A stretch of 64,000 nt of DNA from the human T2T-CHM13v2.0 reference genome, Homo sapiens. The stretch lies in the NCBI RefSeq assembly GCF_009914755.1, contig NC_060927.1; one strand, 5' to 3'. Position numbers and translations under genes: made by a program. The notes below the pieces were generated by a model that was not told where the DNA came from, did not search any database, and saw nothing but the letters and a program-made list of their open reading frames with translations. Within the stretch, counting starts at the first letter, position 1. Each line of letters opens with the position of its first letter. Positions 28,611 through 43,330 of the stretch are shown one piece after another.

Positions 28611-29239
28611 AGGTCATGGTTTTCCCTGTCAAGGGTCAAACTGTTCTTACTGAACAAGAGCTCTCTGAATTGAGTTGCAAATTCTGTGGTTCCTCAAGAT
28701 TTACATACAGAAAAAGCCAAGTATATTCCCTCAAGATTTTTAAAAAGATATGTAATCACGGGATTTTAGAGCTCAAAGGAATATCAAAGGTCTTATATTA
28801 TAGGCCCCTCATTTCTGGATCTGCAAGAAGAAACAGAAATTAAAGGTCTTGCTCCAAGCTTCATGGTATACTGGTAGCAAAGCTAGAGCTGGTTGGGTTC
28901 TTCTAGATTGGTATTTCTCCAACAAAATCATCCACAGCATATATCAAAAGTGATATAACTAGGAGGCTTGATAAATGATTTCTACTTAATGTTTAATTAT
29001 TTACAAAGCAAAGGTATTTTACACCCAGGTTCCTTAAGGTCTCAGTTTCAATCTGCTGTGTTTTTTAAATAAAAATATGTGCATACCAGCATTTTTTTGC
29101 TCCAGATAGAAAGCTGAATTTAGCCAGTATGCTCCTTAGTCCATCTATCACATGGCAGTAACCTATTAAGTGTCTAATTTAGATAAATGTAAGAGATTTA
29201 AAAAAATAAGAGTAGATAAAATAATAGAAGTATTATGTA

Positions 29240-29830
29240 TTTCAGGGTCCATAGACACAAGCATCAAAAGCTGACTCCGGCTGATTAGTCAAAAAAGTAA
29301 TTTATTACAAGGATTTTGTGTAGCTCACAAACTTGTTGGGAAGGCCAGAGAACCAGACCTGAGGACAAACTTTCGGAAATGGCTCAAAACTTTAGAACTG
29401 GCCTGTTGAGAAAAATCAGTACTGCTCCAAGCACTGACCACTAGATGATACATGAACTAGATGCTTGCAGCAATTTGACTTTACTGAAGCTACGACTGCC
29501 CCAGCATCACCGCCATTTCTGATGTGAAGACACCCTCCGCAGTATGTAGGTGCTGTTTCAGTCTTACCTCTGCTGACCCTGAAAGCCAGTCACCCCTCTC
29601 ACAATCCTCAGCAGCACAATGAATTCTGCCTAAAGCTTCTTTCTTCAAGCAAGGCTCTGCTGTGCTTGGATAATGCTAATTGGGGGACTCTCATTCACAA
29701 GCTAATGAGCTAGCTGCAATTGAGGGGCTGGGGAAACAAATTTTCTATCTGGGAAAAACAGGGCTTTAAATATGGAGATTTACCCAAATGCAGCAACAAT
29801 GTTCATGTACCAAGCAACTAGGAAGGTTAC
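29240..29830 (-). mobile_element. Old MaLR (MLT1J/K-like) LTR
   Basis: cagggtcc...aagtaatttattacaagg resembles an antisense MLT1 end. Confidence 0.45.
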
Positions 29831-29884
29831 CAATGAATTGCCAAGCACATAAAGGAGTTAAGGTGTCCATGAACGGAGGTAAGA

Positions 29885-30335
29885 TCATCTACTGAGCTAG
29901 ACAGTCTCCATTTACCCTTCTAAACCCTTGCTCCACCCTTCTCCACTCTACACAATGCCCTTGAAGGCTGAAGGCTGACTACATGGTCTGCATCAACCAG
30001 CTTTCTTGCCCTCTGCCTCCAGCTGGGTTTGGCCAGTGGGAGGGGCTGGCAGGAGCTGGGAAGGTGGCAGAAGGATGAGGTTTGGGCATTTAGTTTCCTC
30101 CTGGCTGGGTTGCAGGTTGTTTCTCTCCTGACAGCCCCTATTTGGTGGCCCCCTCCTACAGCTGCCCCTCCTCTCTCCTGCCCTTCAGGCCCGGTGGTTC
30201 CCACTAGGAAACCCTGGGACACTTACCCCATCCCTTGGGTTTTCCCTTACCCTTCACTACACCTGGTAAATAGTTTATTTTAAATTCTCTCAATAATCCC
30301 ATTTGCATGTACTATCAGTTCCCTGCCAGAATGCT
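29885..30335 (+). mobile_element. LTR33-like ERVL solo LTR
   Basis: ccctctgcctccagctgggtttggccagtgggagg...gtaaatagtttattttaaattctctc. Confidence 0.7.
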
Positions 30336-30570
30336 GGAGTATATTCACCTTCACTGTGACAAATGCTCAGATCTTATTTTCTCCTGTCCTCAATTAAAGT
30401 ACTGGAATATATTTCCTTTTGTTTTCTTCTCAAACGCAGATCACTGATTAATTGAATTAGAAGAAGATAATATTTTAAAATATGATAGTAGGAGAAATCA
30501 TTTTAAAGTTTTGGAATTTATTTTATATATCTCTAGCCAAGTTATTTTCAGTCCTGGGCATGCGATATAA

Positions 30571-30951
<381 letters not shown>

Positions 30952-31018
30952 TAAAAGAAAAAGAAAAAGTTCTCCTGCTGGTTCTCAAGCAAACCACAGA
31001 TATATGGTAAGGAAAAAG

Positions 31019-31777
31019 TGTTACAGTAGGTAGCTAGTCAGACATGAGCAGAGCAGGAGAGGGTTTCTCCTTGTTCCCCCCCCCCCCACTACACCCCCCC
31101 TTCCACCACACACACACACCAGGAATGTCAGGTGACAGGTGAGGGTCAGGCAGTTGTCAACTGTCTCTCTAAAATAATAATTGGTCACAGACAGTGCCAG
31201 GGAAAGGCAGTCCCCCTATAGATAGAAAAAACCTGAAACTGGTGACCAGCAGCTTCCCAATAAGATTTCAGGAGCTGGGTGAGTGAGCTCGAGCATGAGC
31301 ATTAAGAAGCAAAATGGTGGAGTTTAACTGGTATATGACCTTCCTCTAGAAATGCAAGATTGGTAAGGAAAGAATGCCCCAAGTGAGCATGCATACAACT
31401 TCAGTAAACACATGGCGCATGTCCCCATCCCAGGTGCTAGCAGGCCATTGCGCATGTGGACAGCCCATCCCAAGGGAAGAATCGGGGAAAAGGGATAAAA
31501 GACCCCAGAAGTATGTCAACTTATAAAACCCCAAAGTCAAATTACCCACTTGTCTTGCAAGTCACCCACTTGGCTCTCTTCAAGTGTATTTCTCTTCCTT
31601 TTGTTTCTGCTCTAAAACTTTTAATATAGTTTTACTCCTGCTCTAAAACTTGCCTCAGTCTCTCCTTCTGCCTTATGTCCCTCAGTTGAATTCTTTCTTC
31701 TGAGGAGGCAAGAATTGAGGTTGCTGCAGACTCATACAGATTCGCCCCAGTAACTTGGATACTGGCCACTGGTAACA
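31019..31777 (+). repeat. 5' LTR (MER50-like)
   Basis: TG...CA, direct repeat of 36901-37957. Confidence 0.92.
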
Positions 31778-31782
31778 TATTT

Positions 31783-31802
31783 TGGTGCCGTGGGACTTGG
31801 AT
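31783..31802 (+). promoter_or_regulatory. Primer binding site, tRNA-His type
   Basis: tggtgccgtgggacttggat vs TGGTGCCGTGACTCGGAT (2-nt insertion, one transition). Confidence 0.8.
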
Positions 31803-33437
31803 AACTTCTGCCACTAACATACTTTGATGCTGCATGACTCAGATATGTTCCCTAGTGGTAAGAGACCCCTCTACCACACCTTCTTTGGCTGGAGGCATTC
31901 AATCCTTGTACATGGTCTTCTCCTTTTCTCTCTCCTGCTTGCTAACCAACCCCCAGAATAAGTCCTTCAGCCATAAGTGACTCTGCTCCTCTTGGCTGAT
32001 TTCTCAGTTCACTCTGATGGATGGCTTCCAGGGGTGGGAAGGACTGTGGCATCTGCACCGAGTAGATCTGAGGCATGAATGGCCCTCCTGGACAGGAGGT
32101 TCACCAGAATGGTAGGGCTGAAGCCTAAAACTGTGCAATGTCTGGGGTTTCCTCTGCTTTTTCAACTAAAATTGGCTCTTTCCCAAGAACCTGCACTGCC
32201 TATTCTCTTGTTTTCTCTGTGTGTATGTTCTGAAAAGGACTTGTGCACCCTCTGGACCATCTGCCACAGGGGCAAGTCTGTCTCTTTGCTCTTACTTTGC
32301 ATGCCACGTGACCTCTTAAACACACACTCCCGCAGCTCTTATGCATTTGAGAGGCAGCAAAGACATGGGCTTCCTTGTGGATATCTCCTGAGATTTATAC
32401 TTGTTCTTGTTCTTACCTTACCAGCTTGGATGACTTTCAACCCTTTCAACCCTGTCTGCTGACACATTGCCGGGACAAACACTAATTGGAACTCCGGCTC
32501 TGCCAGCTCCTTATGACTTACTATATGCTTTTCCTTCCTGTTACACCCCAGGGCTGGGTTTCCTGGTGGCTTTTGCAAATAGGTGGGATGCTTAAAGGGC
32601 AGGGTAAGGCCCCATGCAGGCAGACAAACTGCTTCAAAAGCCACCCCTCTTCCTTTGCCCCATTCGTGGGCAAAGGAAGAATTTGCCCTCCTCTGCCAGT
32701 TATTAGCCCAAGCCCCAAGTCCTCCGGAGGTTACTACTTTACGTCAACAGGGCAAATAAACGTTGTCCTCTTGAATCCAAGGGCTGCTATTTTTGCAAGC
32801 ATATGAAGGCTTTCCATGAGTATTCCTCTCACTTCCTCCCACTTCTTCCCGTAGACTTCATTTCTCTAATTACTTCCACATTCTTCTCAACATGAATTAG
32901 GACCTTCGGGGTCATATTCAAAAGGAGTGGGGAGGGAAGTCTAGCCCCCTTGTGGCAGTTAGCTGAAAAACAGGCTTTTGTCTGCTTAACATGGGAAATG
33001 GGAATCTGAGAAAAAAGGTCATCATTTTTATTGCTAGAATGCTCCAAGCAAGAGTCACTATAAAGTCATGGAGATAAGGGTATAGGCCAGCCCAAGGCTA
33101 CAGGTGCAAGAGACAAAAGTACCCACAGGACAGAGATGAAGGGTGCTCCCAGGCTAACAGATTATCATTAGAACAGAGATGAAAGGTTAGGGATATGCAG
33201 TAAGATCAGTTATTCTGGAACCTCAAGGATGAACAGGCGATCCACTGTTCACTCCAGTATCTCCTCTGTTCTCAAGTGGGTAATTGTGATGAGATGGGAC
33301 CAAGAGTACACAGTAAGGCTGGTTAATTCCGGAACCCAAAGGACAATGGGGGATGCTCCATTCAGGATAATAGGAATGTAGAGGGAATGCCTTCTTTTTT
33401 CTTTTTCCTTTTTTTCTCTCCTGTTCTCTCTTTGCAG

Positions 33438-33570
33438 ATGGGTAATCACATTCCCATACCACAGGACATGCCCCTGGGATGCATCCCCCAAAACTAGGAA
33501 AAGTTTGATTCTACCAAATGTTAAAACAAAACAAAAAAAAACCAGTTTTCCTTTGTAATACTGTTTGGCT
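33438..33570 (+). pseudogene. gag matrix remnant
   Basis: MGNHIPIPQDMPLGCIPQN*EKF...VFLCNTVW. Confidence 0.7.
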
Positions 33571-34086
33571 TAAAAATAAACTGGGAGGAAATTACAAAAG
33601 TCAGCCTTGGAACCCAGTTCCCCTGTGCAGGAGGTCCTCAGATTAGCCTCCTCAGTCTTTTATAAGTGAGAGTAGAATAAGGAGGACAGGGCTAAGAAAA
33701 AGGAGACATGTAGGACAAGAAGCAGGCTCAACTATTGGCTGCTTTACGAGTTCTCCAACCCCCTCTAGGTTGCCCTAAGAACACTCATACAGGACAAAGC
33801 CAAGGTCACCTATGGAGGCGGCAAGTAAAATTATAAATTTCCCTTTTGCTTTCAAGAGCTGCCTACTGTGTGCTAATCTCCTTCTCTAAGCAACTCCCCT
33901 CCAAATCCTGTTGGGTAATGGGGCCAATGGCACCCCCTCCAAGAGATTCACATCCCTTTGGGCAAAAATATACTTTTCAAATGGGTGCCTGCTTAATACT
34001 TACCTGAAATCTGAATTTGTTTTTCTCTCTAATAGCTATATTTCTCCTGGGAAACCTACCTAAATCTTTAACCAGCAACTTCAACC

Positions 34087-34210
34087 TGGATGGTCTTACC
34101 TCAGGAGTTTAGAAATAGCTCACCATTATTTGGGCAAGTCCTAGCAAAAATATAACTGAGCAATTTCTTGAGGGGGAGATAACTTCTATAGTATGTAAAT
34201 AACCTCATTT
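34087..34210 (+). pseudogene. RT core remnant
   Basis: WMVLPQEFRNSSPLFGQVLAK...LL*YVNNL corresponds to LPQGF.NSP and YVDD motifs. Confidence 0.8.
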
Positions 34211-36544
34211 GCTTCCCCGTCACAGAACTTGCACAGCAACTTTCAGTACAAATCTTAACTTTCTAACAGAAGGAATATGACTTTTGTCTAATTCAAAGGT
34301 TGTAAAGAGGTACTTTTCATAAGGAAGATGATAAAGAAAAGAGATTTCATATGAGAAAGGATCTTGCATGGTAAATTATTGTCCTAAAGTAAAATGACTG
34401 GTTCTTTAAAAAGAGGGATATTTAGGACAAGTCAGAAAGTCCAAGCCTGTCATAGATGATCTGTGTAAATTGTGAAAAATTTGTGAAAGGGAATTTATGA
34501 AAGAAATGTTCTGCAATTTTAAAGGTTTTTAGACCTACTAAATAAATGCTTTATAGACTGCCACTTTGACTTTTAACTGTACAACTTGACTATTTTAAAG
34601 CTAGGCATGGCCTGGGGACTTACAGAGTTAGCCATTCCCCCAGGTATGCTGGAAAGAGACCTTATATGCACTTCTGTCTAGTGAATCGCTTACTTATCAG
34701 GTTTTTCGCAAAAGTAAAAGTTGTGAACAGTTAGCCATGTAACATGTTCTTGAGACTACTGGAAAAGCAGTCTTACATGTAAGGTACGCAAGGAAAGTAG
34801 AATGTGCTTTTGTTAAAAGATTGTAAGAAGGTATGGGAATGTAAGTTTTGCCTAGTTTGGAGGGTTAAAGGATTGTTTTATGTTAGATAGGATAAAGCTG
34901 AAGGTTTGAGCAAGTTGTGGAAGGTTTGTGAAAAATTAATCCTATAAAAGAAATTCTATGTGTGAAAATTACCCAAAATTAAAGGACTTTTATTCAGTTT
35001 ATTCATAAACACTGGAATTAAAGCACAACATAGTTTTATTAAAGTATTAATCTGCTTTTGATTAAAGTGTTATCAGTACATGTTCCAAAATTATGTGAAA
35101 CTCCTATAATTCTAATGTAACATAGTATACATTATTAGGAATAATTATAATTATGTTTAATTGTTTTGTGCCTCAGGGGTAATAAATTTCTTTGTCAATT
35201 GTGTCTTTGATTGTGGCTACCCTAAGACTTTTTGTCATTAACAGATAATTGTTGTCTTGTTTTAACCCTCTTTAAAAGGTGGTTTTATAATCAGCTATAG
35301 AACTCTAACAGGTGCTCCTAAATACAGGCTTCTGATAACTTTGAAGATTGAGACATTAGAATAGAGAAAAAACTTTCAGGACTCTTATTGGAGAGCTAAA
35401 ATGTTCATGAATATCAAGCAGAACAAAAGTTAACTGCATGGACTAAACTAATAGAAGATTGAAATAATCCTTTTATGACTTTTTGCTTAAAATGTTGCTA
35501 ATCCTTTGTTTTCCAAAACCAAGAAAACTTTTCTTTTGAGCTATTTACAGCTTTTAATAATTGAGTACTCCTGTAAACAAAATTCGAGCATATTTGTTTC
35601 TCTCTACCTGCTTTCTTCAAAATTTGGAAACTACTTGTGAGTATTCTTAACTTATGGCAGTATAGTTATTTGCATAAGTACAATAAGAATCTGTTGTCTT
35701 TTGCAACAGAACACAACTGGAGAAGCTGGTTATTTTACGAAGGCTTTGACTGGAATGATATGCATTCCTTTAAGGAATCAAATTTGACTTATATAGCCAA
35801 TAAAAGCCCCTTGTGAAAACTGGCTTCATACCTTGTCTACACAGTCCCTGTACAGGGTTCCCAACCTGTGGTCTGTAAAGAATGCCACTTTCTAACAGGC
35901 TCAGGAGCCCCAGGTTATCTTGGGACCTCAAGGGAGAGGAATTTACCAACTCATTCAGGTATTTGATGGTATAAAACTGTGGCTGGGTTTAAGCCTTAAA
36001 AAAAGTCTTGTCTGAGATTCCTTATGGAATGAAGTTCCATCAAAGCCAATTTAAACAGGAGCCTATTAGGCAAATAATTATTCTTGCTGTGCTTTATGCA
36101 AATAATCAGGCCAAGTATAAGACAACTAAAGTTTATTTTGCAAACAAATCAGTTTTATCATGATTTTTTATAAAAATGAGGACTGGAAAGAGAAAAAGTG
36201 TGTTTCAAAAATTATGATACACCTGTTATTTTTCTATTAATAGATGCTAGTCTCATCAGTTATTTTTAAGTTTTTGCCTGCATTTTAGAGTAATCCTGCT
36301 TATTCCTGTGAACCAGCCAGTGATCTCTGGCTGCAGCTCAGAAGAAACAAAAGGGATGGGTAATGTAAAAATCTGGATCAGTATTCTAATTCTGAGCACA
36401 TATTGGAATCTGCTATCAACCCCATGTACCCAAGTCTTAGTAGGCATGACTATAGCCACCAGTTACCTGGGTGTGTAGGCAGCCTCAGGGTTCTTTTTTG
36501 GGGCTGTCCTCACCCCATTATTTTGTTTTAACATTCCTCTAATT

Positions 36545-36646
36545 CTAATAACCTGATTTGTCTCCTCTAGCCTTTAGGCCATTGAGCTCCAGATGAACCT
36601 CAGTGAGGGATAGTGTCCTCTCAATATTCAAGAGTTACCCTTCTAT
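36545..36646 (+). pseudogene. env cytoplasmic-tail remnant, syncytin-2-like
   Basis: LIT*FVSSSL*AIELQMNLSEG*CPLNIQELPF vs recalled syncytin-2 LITQFVSSRLQAIKLQTNLSAGRHPRNIQESPF. Confidence 0.75.
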
Positions 36647-36900
36647 GGGGGACCCCCTAGACTGCCCATCAGTGAGACACAACAGAGGCAAAATCCTGCC
36701 CCTCTCTCCCTTGGACCTGGCTGGATACCAGTTTCCCCAATCCATGGAAACAGCCTCCTGCTCTGACAACTAGCAAGAGGCCAAGACTCACAGAACCACC
36801 TACAACCCCCCAACCTCTGTCAGCAGGAAGCCATTACAGAAGGCTCACCTTCATCCATTTTCTCCAAATAACTGGGGTCTTGGACTCTTGAGGGGGGAAA

Positions 36901-37957
<1,057 letters not shown>

Positions 37958-38388
37958 AAAGGATTCATAGAAATTCATAGAAATGGTATCATAGAAATGA
38001 TTCATAGAAATGAAAGAGGAAATGATAGATACCGGTCCCACCTTTGCACATATTCCAGCTGACATATTGCCTTCTCAATACCACACCTCTGAGAGGGCAA
38101 AAATTAATTACCTGAGTGGATTTTTTTTAATGCAGAATAAGATTGTATGTGCCTGAATTCTTATAAAACTCTATAAAGGGCTTCCATGCTTAAATAGCTA
38201 TTTCCTCTAGTAGCTTTTGATTGATGGATAATTTTCTCACATTCTAACAGATGTCTCAGCCATTTCTGCCACCTGTAGCAGAAAATATTCTGCACATAAC
38301 ACTTTTACTAATATAATACAGTAATGAATCAATAGAAATATTACTGCACTCTGCTTTAAAGAAAAGACATCTCAAGAAAACAAGGTCA

Positions 38389-38817
38389 GCTCTTCCAGGG
38401 ATGCTGTCTGGAAGCGCTCAGAATGTCAGTGTTTGACATATTGTCTTAGGCTTCCTACAACAGCCTCTAACAGAACTCTGCTGTACTGAACCCCTAGTAA
38501 TAGAATTGTTTACCTTTACACCAAGAAGGATGGAAAAGCACCAAAATCTGCATGTGGTGTGTGCCCAGGCCGACTTTGAGGGATTTCTGCTGTGAGACCT
38601 AAAGTTCTTATGATTGGCCAGTATGAAAAAACATGTCAGCAGGGCCTAAGGTGTCCCATGTGTGCCAAATGTGCCTGTGACAAGTTGAAAGGTGCTTTCC
38701 TTATCAAGAAGGAGAAAATTGTTTCAAAGGTGTTGAAGGCACAAGAAAGTAAGAAAGCTAAATTTAAAAAATGAAGCTTTTTTGGTTATAAAAAAATCAA
38801 AAGGCAACAGCAGCAAC
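38389..38817 (+). pseudogene. RPL34: Processed pseudogene of ribosomal protein L34
   Basis: translates in pieces to [35 protein letters not shown] and MCAKC...GAFLI..EKIVSKVLKAQ; intronless, frameshifted, A-rich tail; flanking repeat acaaggtca at 38380-38388 and 38821-38829. Confidence 0.95.
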
Positions 38818-38883
38818 AAGACAAGGTCAAAATGAGGTAACTGAGTGAAAAAACAAAAACAAAAACAAAACAAACGAACTGGG

Positions 38884-39170
38884 GGCCAAGCATGGTGGCT
38901 CATTCCTGTAATCTCAGCACTTGGGAGGCTGAGGTAGGAGGATCACTTGAACCCAGGAGTTTGAGACCAGTCTGGGAAACATAGGGAGAGCCCATCTCTA
39001 GAAAAAAAATTACCTGGGCATGGTGGCCCACAGATACTCAGGAAGCTGAGGTGGGAGGATTGCTTGAGCCTGGGAGTTCGAGGCTGCAGTGAGTGAGCTA
39101 TCATCATGCCACTGCACTCCAGTCTGGGCAACGGAGTGAAACCCTGTCTCTAAAAAAATCAAAATCAAAA
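38884..39170 (+). mobile_element. Alu (J-like)
   Basis: Alu consensus with J diagnostics (gagcctgggagttcgaggctgc). Confidence 0.93.
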
Positions 39171-39559
39171 TTAACTGGCAGTACAGGTTCAACTCCTCCA
39201 AATCTACTCTTGGAACCATGTATATAATTACTGATCTTCAGAATGATGCATGGGAACTGCATTATCATCAGTCTTTAAAAATTGTTTTATTAAGTTTACA
39301 ATTTACTAAATGTCTTTTATGAGCCCAGATCTCCTCTAAATTTTATGGGGAATGAAGAAATATGATACATGGCACCTGTCCTCAAGCAGCTTACAGTATA
39401 ATGGAAAAAACAGGGAAAATTATTTAAATCATATTAAATGCAAAGTTGTATGGCATTCAATGTAGAGAAGTTCAGGTAAGACTGTATGATGCATATTTCA
39501 GTGTTTCTAACTGGTCAACCAGTTTGGATGAGTGAATCTTGGTGGATGACCCAGTCGGT

Positions 39560-39870
39560 GACTGTGAGCACCTCTCCAAGCTTTCTCTTAATATGGCTTG
39601 AAATTGTGTTTTATTTTCAGCATCTACATTATAAACTACTTCTAAAACTGTTTCACAATAATGCTTCTAACACTGTTTTTTAATATCCTACTCTTGTGCA
39701 GTTCATTTTTTGAAGCTATAAATAAAATTTATATTTATCCTTATTCAATTATTCTGATTGGTTGATGCTCATTGATCTAATTCATTAAAATAATTTGGAC
39801 CCTGGTTGTATCATTCAATTTATTAGCTTTCCCTCCCAACTTTAGTCACCTGATTCAACTTGGATATATC
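39560..39870 (-). mobile_element. CR1/L3 LINE, RT C-terminal fragment
   Basis: minus strand TKVGRES/KANKLNDTTRVQ...NKDK aligns with frameshifts to L3 FADDTKLGG.AN.LEDR..IQ...FNRDK. Confidence 0.65.
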
Positions 39871-39879
39871 TTAATTATA

Positions 39880-40454
<575 letters not shown>

Positions 40455-40459
40455 AAATA

Positions 40460-41160
40460 TTACATTTTTTCAAAGGAATATTTTTGTTTATTTTTAATTT
40501 TAAAGATCACATGTTGAATATGTTAACAATGCATAAACTCAGATACTACAGATACTGAACATCCCCTTTGGCCCCTCTTCCAACCCCACATCCCTCTCCA
40601 AAGGTACTCACTCAACTCAATTTGGAGTGTATTCTTCAAGACCTTTCCCCATATACTTCTTCATTTCTGGAAATAGTTCATTCTGTGGGACGTTGTACTT
40701 GTTTGTCTAAACTTGCCTTTTTCACTTCATAATATATCTTAGAGCTCTTTCCATGTCCTCATTTACATATATTATTTATCTTTTTATCTGATGCATAGTG
40801 TTCCATTACAGGAATGTATATAATTTAACTTTTCCCTGTTGATAAACATTAAGAATGTTTTCAGTTTTATTGCTAAAAAAGTGTACATGACTCACTGGGC
40901 ACATGTGTGAAGAATTCTCTAGGCTGGATACCTGGGTGGAATTGTCACTTGAAAAGTATGTATATTTAAAATCTTGGTAACAAATGCCAACATTGTCTTC
41001 CAGAAAGGTTATATCAATGTATATTCCCATCGAGACATATGAGGGTGGTATTTTCTCACACTTTCAGTAATAATGATTAGTGCTAATTGTTACAGTTTTT
41101 ATTAATCTGAATTTCTCCAATTACTAATGAGTTTGAGTATCTCATATTTCCTTTTCTATT
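40460..41160 (-). mobile_element. L1ME-type 3' fragment
   Basis: ggctggatacctgggtggaattgtc...aaatgccaacattgtcttccagaaagg. Confidence 0.75.
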
Positions 41161-41164
41161 AATT

Positions 41165-42915
41165 GCTTATTCTTATAATAGCCTCTCTACTATTACTTAT
41201 ATTGTCTTCATATGGATCCCCAAAAGCAGTGTTGAGTAAGACAGAAACATGTAGAAAACTACAAACCGCCTTAGGGACCTTCCTCTATGAGAGATACAAA
41301 TCTACTAGTAAACATTTTAATGCAGTTGATCAGCAGTGGATTCCCCCAACTAGTTTACAAACCGAGTAACATCCCTCCATCATGTTCAAATGAATATTAT
41401 GAGCATCTTTGCAAAGCATTGTGCTGAAAAAAAGATTAGTCATGCCTGGTATTCCCATAGTCCATCTTTTAGCTCTTCCAGAAAATAATATGAAGGCTGT
41501 TTAGCTTGTCTTAATTATTAGCTTACAAATGTTTCTTAATATGCATTCTAGAGTATTGCTGAAAGTAATGCTAAGCTCACACTATAAATTCCATAATCCA
41601 TTTTTTCCTCCTTTTAAAAAAACTAGTTTTGCCTTGCTTAGATTTCTGGCACCTGGCCCATTTTCTATTTTCCAGAGATAAGAGGCAGTGGTTCTGAGAC
41701 CTATAATCTTTCATTCGGTCTGCAAAGCCTATATTCCAGGTCGTCTCTGACTCTCTCCTCATTTGGGTTGTGCCTCAATTCCCTCTCTGTGATATTGGTT
41801 CTACCCTTCTCAGTATGAAGACTATGTTCCTTGCTGGAGAAGAAAGGAGAAATTGAGTGCCTCTGCCTTTTCTCTGTTATCACTTAACAGGTTCTTCTCT
41901 TGGCAGTCAGCTTATCCTTTCCCTTATCTGCTGGCTTCAAACTGTGTATGTTTTTAAAGCCCTTTCTGTGGTCCTCCTCACTTAGCACTGCTCAGCCTCT
42001 TCTGGAGTTTTCCTTCTATCGCTTTCTTCCCGGGTTCGTATCACCCATTGTCTCACTCTCCTTGGTTTGTGCCCTTTCTCTCATTTTTTGGTACACGCCA
42101 TTTCAAAACAGACTCATCAAAGGACGCCACGTTGGATCATATTGGTTTCTGCAGTATAAAGTTTTATTTTTCAGAGTTCAAAATTTTAAAAATGTATTGC
42201 TTTCTATTGCCTCTGACCTTGGGGTTATAATTATATTTCTGTGAACTTTTTGAAGTTTGCTTTCCTAAAGCCTCAATTACATGTCTACTATAACCAGAGG
42301 TTCTTTCTTTTTTTCTATATTACAGAATCTGGGAAGACATGACTCCTTTCTTTCATCTTCAGGAAGGCAAAGACTGCATTTTATGTTGTATATTTGTTGA
42401 AGCGAAGATTTCTATCATATAAACATCACCAACAAGTCCTTCCTTGCTGGTCAGAATTGAGTGTAGAGTAGCAGTTCCTGTCATTCCTTCTCGTCCCTTT
42501 TGAAAGATGAAATTATCAGGAAAGCAAGTCAAGAATGCATTAAATTCTAAGCTTGTTGTAGAGATTTAGAACAGATGTCTAAATAGTTCTAGTGCCCATC
42601 AATATTACACCTTGTCTCTGTGACAGTTTTATCATTTAATTTAGGAAAGCATCCATCCTCCAACTCTTCCATTTAGCCTGACATTCTTAGCATGTTCTCG
42701 CTCTCACAAATAACACTACTCTCTTCCCCTCATTTAATCCTCTCCACGTACTGTAAGCTGTACGTGTGGATTCCATATATTTGCAATTTTGATGCATGGG
42801 GGTATTGTGTATCCATGTTTATCAGACTTCTTTATATTGAAAAACATGCGCCATTCCATTACTGAAACCAGTTCCATTTCCTCAAGTGTCAGTAACATTT
42901 AGGACGTCATATTTA
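41165..42915 (-). mobile_element. CR1/L3 LINE ORF2 (endonuclease to RT N-terminus)
   Basis: minus strand YDVLNVTDT; VILMG..NYLDIC; AFLTCFPDNFIFQKGREGMTGTATLHSILTSKEGLVGD (CR1 endonuclease); ~41540-41600 resembles the NYRPVSLT...LE RT motif. Confidence 0.75.
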
Positions 42916-43330
42916 TGTGAGTGTTAGATGCTATGATGCACCCCTCATTCCCCTTCAGGAATAAAGGAATTATTACTCCAGCGACTGGGAGTGCCACTGA
43001 AGCTGGTCTTCAACTGTCAGTCCCTTTGGGGACTGCCTCAGCAGAGGAAAGTGGCCTCATCCCTCACAAATATGCCCCTTCCAGGGTAGCCTGCACCCAT
43101 TCAGTGGTCTCTCATGCTCAATTCAGGACAGCTCTGAGGGTGGTCACGTCTTCAGAATTCCTCAGCAGCGCTGGCTGACACAGTTCACTAAGATTGCATT
43201 GGAGCTCTACTTCTCCCTCTGCTCAATCTTGCTGCTTCTGTTCCACGGGCATTAGTTCCAAGACCACTCCCTAATAAACTCCCTAAATGCCATCTCCATC
43301 TCAGGATCTGCTTCCTGGGAAACCCAATTA
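42915..43330 (+). mobile_element. LTR16-type ERVL solo LTR
   Basis: ccctaataaactccc...ctcaggatctgcttcctgggaaacccaa is a typical LTR16 3' end. Confidence 0.75.

Noticed and set aside
31753-31846. CRISPR-like periodic repeats
   Set aside because: Eukaryotic context; only 2-3 degenerate units without unique spacers; explained by U5/PBS duplication.
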